Shown here piece by piece: positions 1-28,971 of a DNA stretch of 64,000 nucleotides. Both the position numbers and the translations under genes were made by a program. Position 1 is the first letter of the stretch, and each line of letters starts with the position of its first letter. The DNA is from Octopus vulgaris (Eukaryota). The stretch spans positions 41,168,001-41,232,000 of the forward strand of contig OX597832.1 of the NCBI GenBank assembly GCA_951406725.2, read 5' to 3'. The notes under the pieces were generated by a model. That model saw nothing but the letters and a program-made list of their open reading frames with translations. It was not told where the DNA came from and made no database searches.

Positions 1-549
1 ATACTTAGCGGTTTGGCAAGAGAGAGAGAGAGCAATAGAATAAGTACTGGGGTTGATTGCTTCGGCTAAAACCCCTTATGGTGATGCTCCAGCATGACTG
101 CAGTCAAAAGAATAAAAAAAAATGGTGCAAGTAAAAGAATATAGGAATAGTGACAGAAAAATCTGGAATATTTAGTGGCTGTTGTGAGGTCAACATGCAT
201 AGAACTATGGTGCTGAGAGAGGAGCTGGAGAAGTCTGCAGATGAGCTGATTGCACAGATCCTTCACACAATATGAAAAAAAATCGATAGTTTGAAAGTAG
301 AGGATCTTTGTTAGTAGTGAAATGAGACCTCAGGATGTTGAAACCTTACAGAAAAAAAAAGATGACTTGAGTGGTAATGATTTATAACACACAACCTATA
401 ACCAGTATGGAAGCCCATACAAAAAGTTTGGAATTTGACGATTCTTTTTTTTTTATGCCTCCATTTTTCAGTAACAGCCTGAGATGTATTGGTGAACAGC
501 CGATGGCATCGAAGAGGACAAAGTTGTAGTTGAGAAAAAGTTAGCTAAC

Positions 550-1250
550 ATTATTATTATGGCCAGGTTCTAACCTAAGCCATCTGAATCCTGGAAGAGT
601 TACCTGTATCATAACGATTCGAGCTGGGTATCAAAATGCCAACATCATGACTGCTGCTCAATACTCTATGAATACTGTTAAAGACTGTTAAGATATGATA
701 TGGACAGCTGCAACGGAAACTATGAACCTGTGGTTAGTATGAAGAGACGTAGCATGCATTCTGTGTCGGCAAGCTGGAATTTGTCCCCACATCTTTGAAC
801 AGGGCATTAGGCTCAATTCAGATGGCTCTGTGAAACTGCTAGAATGCCATGTGTGCAGCAGCAGGGTTTGGCTCCTTGCTATAACCCCAGAAAGAGTAAG
901 AAGTGGTTGTCAGAGAATTTGTACAACTTTACCTGCTCCAATTTCTGGTCCCTTAATTGCTGATTGTAATCACATGGATTACTATATGTGGGGCATGGCT
1001 GGGAATGACCAACCACTATTCCTGCAACACAAAGGCTGAGCTAGTGGCCAAAATGAAGGAAGTGTTTGAAGATCTTCCCAGGGATACAATGAATAATGCA
1101 TGCGCACCAGGTCCCAGAGCCATCTTGAGGCCAGCTACTTTGAATAAACTGTTTACTCTCAGTCATAATCTCGTTGACAACTTTTCATTTTTTAAAACAT
1201 TTTATTTCTGAATGGGATATTGCATTTCTTTTTCCTTTTACGCAAACCAA
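550..1250 (+). mobile_element. Degenerate Tc1/mariner-type transposase remnant
   Basis: Frameshifted peptide DCNHMDYYMWG resembles the SPDLNPxDYxxWG motif; boundaries approximate. Confidence 0.55.
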
Positions 1251-1767
1251 CAAATGAAAGATGAGGGGGAGGGGTAAGAGCTGTACTAATAATACCAAGT
1301 TTAGTTTAATGGATTACTTATTCCCTTCATATAAAGATTGGTGCTGTCTGAATATAATACATTACACCTGGATGAGGTGGAGAAATGCCAGAAATGGTTG
1401 TCCTACATTTCTTGTTTAAATGACTTCTATGCTGATAAATAACTAATTACTGGTGTCAACTAATTTCACTGACTACCAGTCTTTCTACAGAAAGTATGTC
1501 TATTGAAAAAGTCCATCCTATCAGAAACTACAGGAGTTCAAAGGAACATACTTCCTTAATTCCATTTTCTGTAGCATTGCATAAAAGAAAGCCACAGCTT
1601 CCTGTAGACCAGGGATTAAAAAAAAAAAAGATTTTAGTACACTGCAAGTCTATCAAAATATGTGGATGTGCATCAGTGCTGAAAAATAGAAATAATGTAT
1701 CTTTAATTCTATAAATTCAATTGCTTTTCATGTAAAGATGAGAGCTGACAACTTTAAATTTGAATGT

Positions 1768-3810
1768 AGGCTGGTTGGGATGGAAGGCATTCTAGCTATG
1801 ACTACTTCCAAAGTGGTCTTGAGGACTTGATTACTGTTTCTAACAAATTCTTAATTAGTCATAACCTGCACCAACCTAAAATCCAATTTTTCTGCACATT
1901 TTGTAATCTGAGAAAAAAGTTTTTAATTATAGAGAGAGTGGTTACTGCACAGACTTGGGAGGGAGGGAGGGAGTAAATTAGGGTAAAGACCCCTTTTGGT
2001 CGTAAATGACCATGGGAGAGCATGTAGAAAGTTCCTCTCCAAGGCACAAGTCCAGGCAAGGCTGTTTATGGAAGACCAGCAGTCGCCCATGCATACCAGT
2101 CTCTCCTCTCCATGCCAGTGAAGTTGAACACGGGAAAGGCAACTCTGCTGCAGGCAAATCACCATTCTATAACAGAGCTCTTTCCACAGACACGCCTAAT
2201 ACTAAGTCTTTAGCTGGATTGAGTGACTCAACAAAAGTCAGGACACATGAGCCATTAAGTAGGTTACCTTCCATATATATTACTGAGAGAGAGGGAAAAC
2301 GATTACCATACACTTATCTTCAGTGGACTAAATGTAATTCATTGGTCTGATAACTGCATTTAAGAAAAATTTAATGGGCCATTATTCTTGTGAATATGGA
2401 ATATATAAATTCAAAGCTTGCGTCTTTTCTGACATGATGTTTATATCCGAGAAGGAGCTATCTAACCACCACCTATTTATGCAGTTTCTATTGATGCCAG
2501 AACACAGTAAAATATAATACGCTCCGGAAAAAAAGAGATCCTTTATTCATGACCATCCATTTGTATAAGGGGATTGTTGATTTAATGAACACCAAAGAAT
2601 ATTAACTCATATCTAAAAGGTGAAAACATATACTTTAATTAACTTTATAGCTGACATTCTCTTTTTTGCCTACAATGTTTTCCTATAGTCAAAAGTCAAA
2701 ATGCTTTTGTTGGGGAGACGGCTATAGCCAATGTAATAAAACCCTCTACTCACTCAGGAAATCAAGTTACCAGTGGGGACTGACTTCAGAATGTAATGGG
2801 TACTCAAGTGCTGTCATTCAGCCAGACACATTGCTATTTCTGGTAATTAACACAATAAGCCAGCACAAGAATTACTTCACGTAGCAATATATATATATAA
2901 GGCTGCACCAGGCCCAGTCTGATCTCGCAATGTTTCATCCAAATCAGACTGTGCCTGGTGCAGCCTTCTGGCTTCCCAGACCCCAGTTGAACCGTCCAAC
3001 CCATGCTAGCATGGAAAGCGGACGCTAAAAGATGATATATATATATATATATGACAAAGGATATTATCCTAACTTACAGAACAATTAAGGGGATTTGTTT
3101 GACTAATGCAGCTAAAATGTTCCTATTGCTTCACACATGTAGTTAGAGCTGCCTCTTGACAGGAATTATTTCTGTTGACATTTAGTCAGAGAACAGTAAA
3201 TAGAGAATGTGAGTGAGAAGTAGGGCAGTATGTCTGACACTAGAACACACACACAGCTGTTTTCCCATAAGTCAACTGATTGGTCAGCCTATGATGGAAG
3301 GAATTCTAGCCATGACTAGCGTACTTCCAGCGTGTGGTCTCAAGGACTTGGTTGCTATTTCTAGCAGGTTGGGATGAAAGGCATTCTCACTACCCTACTT
3401 TCAGTGTGTGGTCTCAAGGACTCAGCTGCTATTTCCAGCAGGTTGGGATGAAAGGCATTCTAGCTATGACTACTTCCAAAGTGGTCTTGAGGACTTGATT
3501 ATTGTTTCTAACAAATTGTTAATTTATTAGAAATTCCTAATTAGTCATAACCTGCACCAACCTAAAATCCAATTTTTCTGCACATTTTGCAATCTGAGAA
3601 AAAAGTTTTTAATGATAGAGAGAGTGGTTACTGCACAGACTTGGGAGGGAGTAAATTAGGGTAAAGACCCCTTTTGGTCGTAAATGACCATGGGAGAGCA
3701 TGTAGAAAGAAAGTTCCTCTCCAAGGCACGAGTTGGGCAAGGCTGTTTATGGAGGACCAGCAGTCTCCTGTCTCCATGCCACTGATGTTGACCAAGGGAA
3801 AGGCAAAGGG
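1768..3810. repeat. Local direct duplication (about 1768-2140 vs 3437-3810) with roughly 73-bp tandem units at 3290-3510
   Basis: Near-identical blocks that include unique sequence and a SINE end. Confidence 0.8.
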
Positions 3811-4219
3811 GCCAATACAGCTTGGCAGCAGTGATGCTGTAGCTCATTTCAACATCTGAACAAACTGGAACAACATGAAATAAAGTGTCGTAACACAAGA
3901 ATTGAACTCAATACTTCATGATTGCAAGATTCCAAGTCCAATGCTCTAATCACTGAGCCATACATACACCTTCACAACTGTCAATTATTGTTAATTCCAA
4001 ACTAGCCATGATCAGAGTTCTAACCATGACCATTGTCCTTTCCTCACTAGCAGTTGAACCGTCCAACCCATGGTAGCATGGAAAGCGGATGTTAAATGAT
4101 GATGATGATGGTCTTAAGCTCGTAGGGTGTAATTTGAAGGAGATCTAGCCGTTGTCTCTACCATATCAAGTAACTGGATATTAATGATAACCTGGTGTTA
4201 AATCAAGAATGATACAACT

Positions 4220-4807
4220 CAAAAAATGCTCATAAAATATTTATTATTTACAAAATAAAATCACAATACACAAAAATGTGAATTCCTGAAAGTAAAAAAG
4301 AAACTGTAGAAGAAAGAGAGATATACTACCTTCGTTTGTCTGCTGGAATAGGAAACGCCTGAAATAGCTAAACTCAGAGAAAAGTATATACATGAAAGAC
4401 CTACCTTTGTATAGCAGCCCATTGCTGAATTTTGTAATAGATAAACCATAAAGGCCTAGTACTCACCCAACAGTCATTTAGTAAGGCTTTAATCATCCAC
4501 AATGGAGTAGAACCAGGTGGAGGTGGTTAGTCTAAGAGACTGAACCAGCTAAATGAACTGGCCTGACTTTTGGGGTTACACTGACCAAGCTGGCAAAGTT
4601 CACAGCCAACATTCTAAAAGGAGAATGAACAGGCAGCATTCCCAGTTTCCAGAACTGGAAAATGTTAAAACAGCAGAGACCACAACTAAGCCAGGATGTT
4701 GCAACAGAGAAGAGTAGAAAGAGGCCATGAGAGGTAGTAGTTGTAGTAGCAGAATGTTAACCAAAAACACCATGGTAGGCAGAGACAGACTACTTCCATT
4801 GAATGGC
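4220..4807 (-). other. Candidate downstream non-coding exons (4807-4467 and 4285 to about 4220) with a polyA signal
   Basis: TTTCAG acceptor before 4807, GTGAGT donor after 4467, an acceptor with a roughly 30-nt pyrimidine tract before 4285, and AATAAA at 4245-4240. Confidence 0.5.
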
Positions 4808-7800
4808 CTGAAATATAGACATAATCCGAATTAAGAGACAAATCTGTACATTGTTATGGATGAATGTGGAGATTTGAAAAGTTAACTGCTGTACTTAGAG
4901 GCCTTGCGGATGATATAGACTGATAGACATGAATTAGAGAGATCCAGAGGTAAAATTTGATGAATTCATGTAGTCTAATTTAGATATTGTTTGGAAAGAG
5001 ACTTTGTTTCTAATTAGTTGAAATATTGATCAGCTGCCACCTGAAATGAGCAATGATTAGCCATATTTCACTTGAACATTTGTTTTGACAAACACCAGCT
5101 GGAGCAGTCTTCTTGACTATACTTACCAGAAGATAATTGACTCTAATCCATCCTGTGTTGATTCAGTGACATTTTCAGTAGACAATTATAATTTGATCCT
5201 TTCATTCCAAAGAATTCCTTATGTTGGTTCCTTTGTTTAAATTCCTGATGCTTTGTTATTTTGCTTTCAAACGTTTTTGAAAAGTAGGGAGGTGAAATAG
5301 TTTACAACCAGGAGCTGAGGTGAATGAGATGAGTGCAAAGACAGGAGCTTGCATAACTGATAGTGAATCTTTACAATACTCAGAGTTTTAAGACAGCAAA
5401 CATCTGATTTATTTTTGGCTGCTTTTAGCAGGAAACTAGCTTAAATTTCGAAAATACAGATCAGCTTCCACTCATCTTATTACAACAGCACTTTGGTAAC
5501 ATACTGCCACAGGAAGAAATCAATGAAGCCCCAAGCAGACCAGCAAGACGGAAACTGTACCTACCATTCTTTTGATACCATATCAGCATGTGCAAGTGGT
5601 GGTTCAACTTTCAGTATTTCTGCAACCTTTGTATACCTACCCAAGTGATATACTTCAATTTTCATCTTGTTTTAAAAATTTTCCTTCGACAGTTTTTGGC
5701 AATTTAAGAATTTGTTTTAAGATAGGTTTTTTCTGGTTCAATACTTCAGTTTTATATATGCTCAGGTGTTTGGCAAAATATTACAAACAATGTAGCAAAT
5801 AGGAATATAATTTTCTGGTAGATTTGTTAAAAGAGTTCAAAAAAAATTATTAACATTAAGATCACAAATCTGGTCTGACTAAGCATCAGCAAAACCTAGT
5901 ATGAAGAGATAAAAACCATTCAGAAACTCTTTCTTAAATTTACCATTTAACCATGGTGAACCATGTATTGAAGTTAGTTAAGATATTCTGACATCTATGT
6001 TGGCCAAATTAGAAATCTTGCCAGATGGGAACTTTAAATTCCTTAGTTACCTTTTATTCACTGACAGCAAACAGCAACTGTTGTTCTATTATTACGCCAG
6101 GCAAAATGCTTAGTGGCATTTCATCCATCTTTACGTTCTGAGTTCAAATTCCGCCGAGGCTGACTTTGCCTTCCATCTTTTCAGGGTTGATAAATTAAGT
6201 ACCAGTTTCGCACTGGGGTCAATGTAATCGTCTAGTCCCCTCCCCACCAAATTTCAGGCCTTGTGCCTTTAGTAGAGAGAAAGGATTATCATTATCGTTA
6301 ATAAAATGAATACTAAAACTCATTTCTCAATCTTGACTTGACTGAAATTGCATCATTGAAATAAGTGGGACCAGCTTGAACGAGAGGGAGAGAGCCAGAT
6401 TTTGCGTTGCAGATATTTAAATCATAAATATTGTGTGGATGTAGAGACTAAACCTTCTTTGTTTCATTATTATTCTGTATTAAAAACTTGGATTGCTTTA
6501 AAAAATGTTGAACAGGTAATCATTCTGAATAGACTTCTTTTGACCCAAACGCATGTTTCTCGGTTGGTTTTAGGTGAAACCCAGGTAATTAATAAAACGA
6601 TGTAAAGTTACCACTGTCACTGATTTCGAAAAGTGATACGCATGGACTGCAGTTAAAGTTATATATATATATAAATAAAAAAATAGACCCGTACTGAGAA
6701 AACTAAGTTTTTCTTGGCCACGTGAGACACAATACTTCTTCCATAACTATAAATTGACAAGCTTTAAGCGAAATTTTTTCCAGACACAGGTTATATGACG
6801 GGTTTGGATTTGCAAAGCTCCAGTTTGCATAATTTTTTTCCACAACGCTGTTAAGTTGCTGAATATATGAATTCACTGGGAGAGGGTTTTGTCAACGTTG
6901 AAGACACCAGAGATGATGACGATCAGATCCAATAAGGTTAAAGTTTACTTTAACATATTTAAAATAGAAAACGAGTATTTACAACTAGAAACCAAATTCA
7001 ATGTCTGCAGATTAACCAACTTTGGCCAGCTTCCTTTTTCACATATTCCAGTCATCTCAAGGAATCAAGAGTAACAAAATAAGTTTACAACTGTTGAGCA
7101 GGATTTTATTGAAATACAAGGACTTGTTGTTCTTTGTGGAGAGAAATTTAGACGTGACATTAAACACAATGCCCAGTGGAGTTTTTGTATATATACTTGT
7201 CAGATTCCTTAAGGGTTGGTCATTTGTTTACAGTAAATGTAAGCAAAGAATGGTTTTTTTTGAAGAACTTTCATTGTCAAGTTGTGGGAGTTTCTTCAAG
7301 AAAAATTTTTAATTACAGCAGTTGGAGAGATTTAGGTGGTTTTTTTTTTCCTTCATAGCCATTAATTAAAATGAACACACTGGAGGACCAACGTTACTTT
7401 TTTTAAATCACGGCTGGCAAAATGCTGCTTAAAATAATAATGTATTACAAATTACACTGCCAGTGGAAATTGAATTCTTAATACTACTCATAAGGTAAAA
7501 TAATTTAGTAAAGATGACTTACAAAAAAAAATTGGGCTAGTAAATTTTCTTAAGCTATTTTGTATTGTAATAGGGAAATTTGAGTTAGAGATCAGAAACC
7601 CACTGCAGATCGTTTTAAGGTACATCATTTAGCTTAGAATGGAGCTAATTAAACAAAAGGTAAAGCAAGTTTATTTGAATTACAATTTGGTGGTTTAATT
7701 TATTTCAAACCAATCCCATTTAAGAATTTGTAGTCTTCATTTCAATTGTTTTACTTGCATGAAAATAGGTTACACAAAAAAATTAAGAAGGCTTACAAAC

Positions 7801-8415
7801 ATTTGAATAATTTTGTAATAAAAATAAGAAACATTGAATGACAATGGAGTGAAAGTTGATGACAAAACAGCAGAGGTATTTAATGTTCAGGTGTTGATGA
7901 GAGATTTTATACCAATGTCCAATTGTAAGTTAATGTTATGCCATTTGGTCTAAAAATTTCCGATGATTAGCACAGATGGTTAAATATTGGCTCAGGGAAC
8001 TTGTTTAAAATGCATTCAGGCTGTATGGTCGTCCTTTGCTTCAGGTAATGGAGTTAAGTTGGGGATTTGAAGTAAACTTCAGTCCAATCAGGTGGTAAAG
8101 TCATTGATCGTTCAAATAAATACCAATCAGTTGTATAAATGGGACACGTGAACTATATGTTGTAATGGATAGTCAGAATGGCATCATCAGTTGATGTTTG
8201 ATTACAGGAGGTTGATAGAATTCACAAAGGAGGTAAATCAAGTGGTAGTAGTTCTAAAGTCAACTAGTTTCAGACAATGAATAGTGGTGTAGCATGAGGA
8301 AACTGTAGAAGGACTGTAAAAATTTTGTTTTCTCAAAAAGAAAAGAAAATATCAAGTTAAAGATATTTAATAAACTAAAATATTCTAGTGACTATAAGTG
8401 GTTGAAAAAAGAAAA

Positions 8416-23467
<15,052 letters not shown>

Positions 23468-24479
23468 TTACAAATTTGCAATTGGTAATAGAATATCACC
23501 AGATAAAATAGTGACAAATATGTGAAAGAACAGCTAATGAATATAAAGATTAGTTAAGAGTGAGGGAAAACAAGTGACTTCAGGTGTACTCTAAGAGATT
23601 AGGCCATAATAAAAGTGGTACTGAGGAGTCTTAAACCTGAATAGTTGGAGAACTGTTATGTGTAACAGGCATACAAGCCTGTAATGATGTGGGTCTATTA
23701 GTGCTAATATGAAAAGTGTGAGAATGTAAAATCAGGTGAGTTGAGGGGGGAACAAGATTCATGCGATACATGAATATGTAAAGGATGGGAAAATAGCTGA
23801 TTAAACAATGTATCCAGCCATGACAATATTATAAATCACTAAGAAAACTAAAAATAATTAAAACTTATGACCATAGTCATCATCATCATCATCGTTTAAT
23901 GTCCGTTTTCCATGCTAGCATGGGTTGGACAGTTCGACCAGGGTCTGGGAAGCCAGGAGGCTGCACCAGGCTCCAGCCTGATCTGGCAGTGTTTCTACAG
24001 CTGGATGCCCTTCCTAACACCAACCACTCCGTGAGTGTAGAGGGTGCTTTTTACGTGCCAGGGGAGGCTGGCAACGGCCACGATCAGAGCCTAAATATCT
24101 CCTGTCAAAAATTAGATTTCATCAGGGGCTAATAATAGAGATCTGATAACCTACTGGGTTGTAAGGCAGCCGTTAAAAACTCAATTCATGCAGTGCCTCT
24201 GGAGAATCCATTTCCTCAACAAGTAGAAACGAACTAGACTGCAGACAAATAAGTCTTCAATTTTACAGCAGCAAGAACCACTAACACAGCAGTACTACTT
24301 TACACTTCGGGCCCATGAGCACAAACAGTGTTAGTAAGAGAACATGCACTACTGATTTTACAGCTGGTTTTCAGAACTAGTAAACAGATATTTAAGTGTT
24401 CAGACTAAATCTAAGACATATTCTAAAATTTGTTACAATCCTCGACAATATCCATATTACATGAATAGGAGTCGTAATC

Positions 24480-25260
24480 CATTTATCAAGCTATTCACAA
24501 TATTACAACTGGATTATGGACAATTTTCTTCCTTTATGAAAATTTAGTGAAAAGATCTATCAGATATTGGATAACAATGAAACAAAGGCAATCCAGTTGT
24601 GATCATTCCATCTATTTCCTGACTGTGTACAACATTGTCTAAATGTATCACCCTGAAGATAGTAGGGTGTGATTTGAGGGAATTTGGTTATTCCTAGCAG
24701 GCCAAAAGCAACGTAAAGATTCATCCATTGGAAGAGTTCTATCGACCAGTGAGGGATGAATAACAAAAATTGACCCTTGTGTGATTTGAAATCAAAAGAA
24801 CAAGACTGATTAGCCTACTAATTTCAATAAGGAAAACACTTCCAAGGCCACAAATTTATTTGCCAGAGGGGAAAAGAAGAGGCCATTAGCTAGAGACACA
24901 TTATTATCACAGCTTCCAGTGTTGCTGTGCTTCTGTCGAGTACAGGCTTTAAAAATCCTTTTTTCACAGTGGTGTCATAACACCTGACAACCAACATCTA
25001 ATGGCCTATCCTCCCTACATTGCTCTTCCTTTTGAAGAGTAAACGCTCATCTATTTCTACTTCGTGATCCAGACCACTGAGTGGAGCTTTGCCTTGAAGC
25101 ATCTCCCCCGAACACACTTCTCGACAAAACTCATACCACTGGATTGCGGTTTTGTTATCTAAGCTGGTGTATAAAAGCTGCAGTAGACACAGGTGCCTTG
25201 AACACGAAATGAAAGACAATGCAAAATATTTTCTGTAAGGACAACTTTCCCCATAGCCTA
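24480..25260 (-). mobile_element. Merlin/IS1595-type transposase pseudogene
   Basis: WYEFCREVC...VEIDERLLFKRKSNVGR...GFLKPVLDRSTATLEAVI, with stops and frameshifts; boundaries approximate. Confidence 0.75.
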
Positions 25261-25918
25261 AAACGCAGGATTCTGTAATAAAAAAAAAAAGGGGGGGGGG
25301 GGAGGTTCCATTTACATCCCCGCCATGTGAGCCCTTTTTCTTTTAAATAGAATTACATAATTATATATATATATATATATTTCCGATCACATTTGGTTTT
25401 ACACCTGAACACGGAAAAAATGCTGCATTATCAATAATGCATAGCTTATCATTATCTACAATAACCATTATTTCTGACAAAATGATGGCCACTACAAACA
25501 GGTCTTTATTATTATCTTATATTTCATGCAACATAAAATTAAATATGCAGTTGCACTAGATAATACCTGCATCAATAAACGCATTTAGTAGACCGTTAAA
25601 TTATTATCATTGCATAATTTGTTTTGGCTGCTATCTCTAAAAAATTTTTTTTGCAATCAGCATTTCAAAACGATGGGGGGAAGCCTTTTCTCGTGGGCAT
25701 TAGCAAAACAATCTAAGGGTTCTTTTTTTTTTATTACCTTCTTTAGAGAAAGGTTGACGTGATATGAAGGAGATTTAGCTATTATTTCTAGCAGGCTGTC
25801 GTCTGACCACGTGAACATTTCCTCGTTAATTCGTTTAAAGACAGACCAGCAAGTAATGTATTGCTGTGGTGGTGCTATAATCTCGCCACACTGCTTGCTG
25901 CCCCCGAAATATATTCTA

Positions 25919-26201
25919 CTAGCAGTATCGCCCGGCGTTGCTCGGGTTTGTAAGGGAAATAACTATATAAGCATTTTTAGAGAGTTATAGCCAAAAAATG
26001 CATTAAAAATGGAAAAAAAATTATGGTAAATTTTTTATAAATCGTAGACTCATCGTAGACGCGCGCTAATACCCAGAAGGGCTCGATATGAATCACGACT
26101 ATAAGATACCCGCTTTTGGTTACACTGCACCGCAAAATGTGGGAGTAGTTAGGAATCTAAATCGTAGGAGACAGACACAACCTTACTTTTATATATAAAG
26201 A
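25919..26201 (-). mobile_element. Non-autonomous Helitron
   Basis: 5' TC(TTTATATAT), 3' hairpin CCCGAGCAACGCCGGG then CTAG, inserted between A and T; near-identical copy at 50694-51077. Confidence 0.85.
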
Positions 26202-28971
26202 TGTCTGTGATAGAAATTAACCCGTTGCTTGTCCCGTGAATCAATTGTGATACACAGAACACATTTTCGTCGCCCATGCAATCATACACGATACACATTC
26301 TCAATTTTTTTTTCAACTAGCAGAGTAACTCGGTACTAATTAAAGGAAAGCTTTATATTACTAAAAGCGTATGAAAACGCTTTAGATTGACAAAGGGTTA
26401 AGCAGTGTCAAAAATATAGTTAAAATCTACGAAGGCAAAATATACGTTTTGCGATACCGTGTAAATCGACAAAGCTCACGTTTCATACTTTCATTATTAT
26501 TGGGAGGCAGAGAACTTTGAGGTTAATTAACAGAGCAAAGTCTGTTTTAACTAATTGCATTTCAAGATGTGGTTTAACTACACGTTAACACTTGCATCAA
26601 CAAAAGGTAACGACAGTAGGTCCTTCGCCAGTTGGATGACGATGAACATCCCTTTGTTCGATAGCTCCTGAAATTAACGGCTGAGTATTCTACATACAAG
26701 TGGAAATACTTGGGGTAGTGCATGCAAGCGCGCACTGTAGGAACCCCGAATTACATGTAAAAGGCACTTGTCCAATATACCGGACAGTGAGATCGAACAC
26801 GGGGACTCATGATTGCAAAGAGAATACAAGCGTCCATAAACAAAAAGAGTAACATTAATTTCAAACTGTGGAATCTTATGCTGCAAAGGAAAAAAAAATC
26901 TAGCTAAAAACGTTTTAAGACCATGATTCTCATCACCAGACGTGGTGCATCTTGGACTATATTTAGCAAATGTAACTTTTTATTTTTCTTATATTATATG
27001 GGCAGGGTGTGTGATAAAAAAAAGGGGGGATTTCACTGCTATTTCTAACAGGCTGAACACAGTCCCTTCACAGACCCCGATGCTTATTAAATGGGCATAA
27101 TTACAGGATTGGTGCTCTTAGTTTCGTATTAATTTTCTGAAAAAAATGCATAGTTTTTAACGATATTTTGCAGAAATACGTTTTCGAGATTGTAAATTAC
27201 AATTACAAGATAAAATTCAGGAAAAATATTTTTTGGAGATGTTTTGGATCGTTCTTCCACCTTCCTGCCCTGACTTTTTTTTAACTACCAATTTCTCTAA
27301 CTTGTATTTTTCAATTTTTACCAGATGCGTTTAAGACCTTTACGCAATCTACACTCTCTAAAACGTATTTTGGTAAAATGTCATTTAAAAAACATGCATT
27401 TTAAACAGAGCTATGATGAAAAAGTTGTCAGGGTGGGGAAACTGCCACCACCACCGATCTGTAATAATGCCATCAAATGTCGCAGTGACACTATCCTTCC
27501 TCTCATCTTGAAGCTGTGATAATGATTATATAGCATGATACTAGTCCGAAATATATAAGTGTATACATAAGTGCATACTTGTTTACTAATAGTTGTCCAA
27601 TTGAATCCAATGACCAGTTAGTGTATAATATTGTAGGAGCAGCAAAAAACGTGATCGCATAGTGCTGGAAATGGCAGCCAAATTTCCCAACAGGCTTAAA
27701 CAATGTGTATATATATATATATATATGGGAGCTTACATTAGATTAGATATAAGATGGCATGCCTGAATAATAGACGGCATGGTTATGGCTGGAGCGCTTC
27801 TGATACTAGGTCTACGAATTCAGGGATGATATGGGATTTAAGCATTAACAACAGGGGAAGGGAAACGTACGTCATAGCGCGACCGATTAGAAATAACAGC
27901 TAAATTTCCCTCAAATACATATTACCATGCACGGAAAAAGGAAGGTCAAATTTTTATGGAAATTCGAAAAAGACAGTGTGGTCATGTTGGGAATGTCCTC
28001 GCTTAGACGCGTGTTAATCACAGAAAACTTGGAACTATATGAGACAAAATTAACAATTTACAGAGGTACCTGTTTCATACTCATGCAAACAAACAATATA
28101 TATGTACCTAAGTATATTATATTATATTGAATTAGAGATAAAACCACTATTAGGCAAATCAAACAGTGAAAAACATAATCCATTTATAAATTTTGTGTTA
28201 TGTCCTATCAGAATTGTATTTCCTATGTCCTATTTTTATCTGGTTATAAATATATATTTATATATAAATTAGTAATGCAATACTACAATATTTACTACTT
28301 TGTATATATATATCTGTATATTAGAAGAAATGAGGTACTCAGAAAATGGGATGGTTTATATTTACAGATATTTATTTGTATATAACATGTTTTTATACAT
28401 CATATAACTTAGGACCAGTCTACGATACTATAAAATTGGATTTAATCCTAAATCTAATTTTTCCCTGTAAGTTTGGATTTATTCCCTAATATTATTATTA
28501 TTATATATATATATATATATGTATATATAATGTGTGTTAGAAGTATTGGGGGTTGATGTACAGATGTAATACATATGAAAGAAAAAAAAAGGTGTTCAGA
28601 ATGGCTGGATGTTTGTAAAAATACATATTTATTTACATATCACAGCATTCTTTCTTCATTATGAGCGCTTTCAACTCCTGTAGTTTCATCACAAATCTAT
28701 ATACACACACCACACACATATATCATCGTTTAACGCCCGCTTATATATATATATATGGCTAATATATAGATATATGTGTGTGTGTGGCTAAATATAGAGA
28801 TGTATAAGGTTTTAACAAAGCCTAAAACCCTTCATTTTTCGGTTCTGATTTTTCCCCCTGCAAAAACAGAAGAACGGACTCGGGATTCGAAAATGGATTT
28901 AAACAAGAAAATAAGACACTTGCAGGGTAACAAAGTCATAAAAATTGAAGAAGATGATAAGATCAACTTAC

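Noticed and set aside
5565-5895. Additional downstream RBMX exon with GTAGGT donors at 5564 and 5640
   Set aside because: The acceptor is ambiguous and it cannot be told from chance without transcript data.
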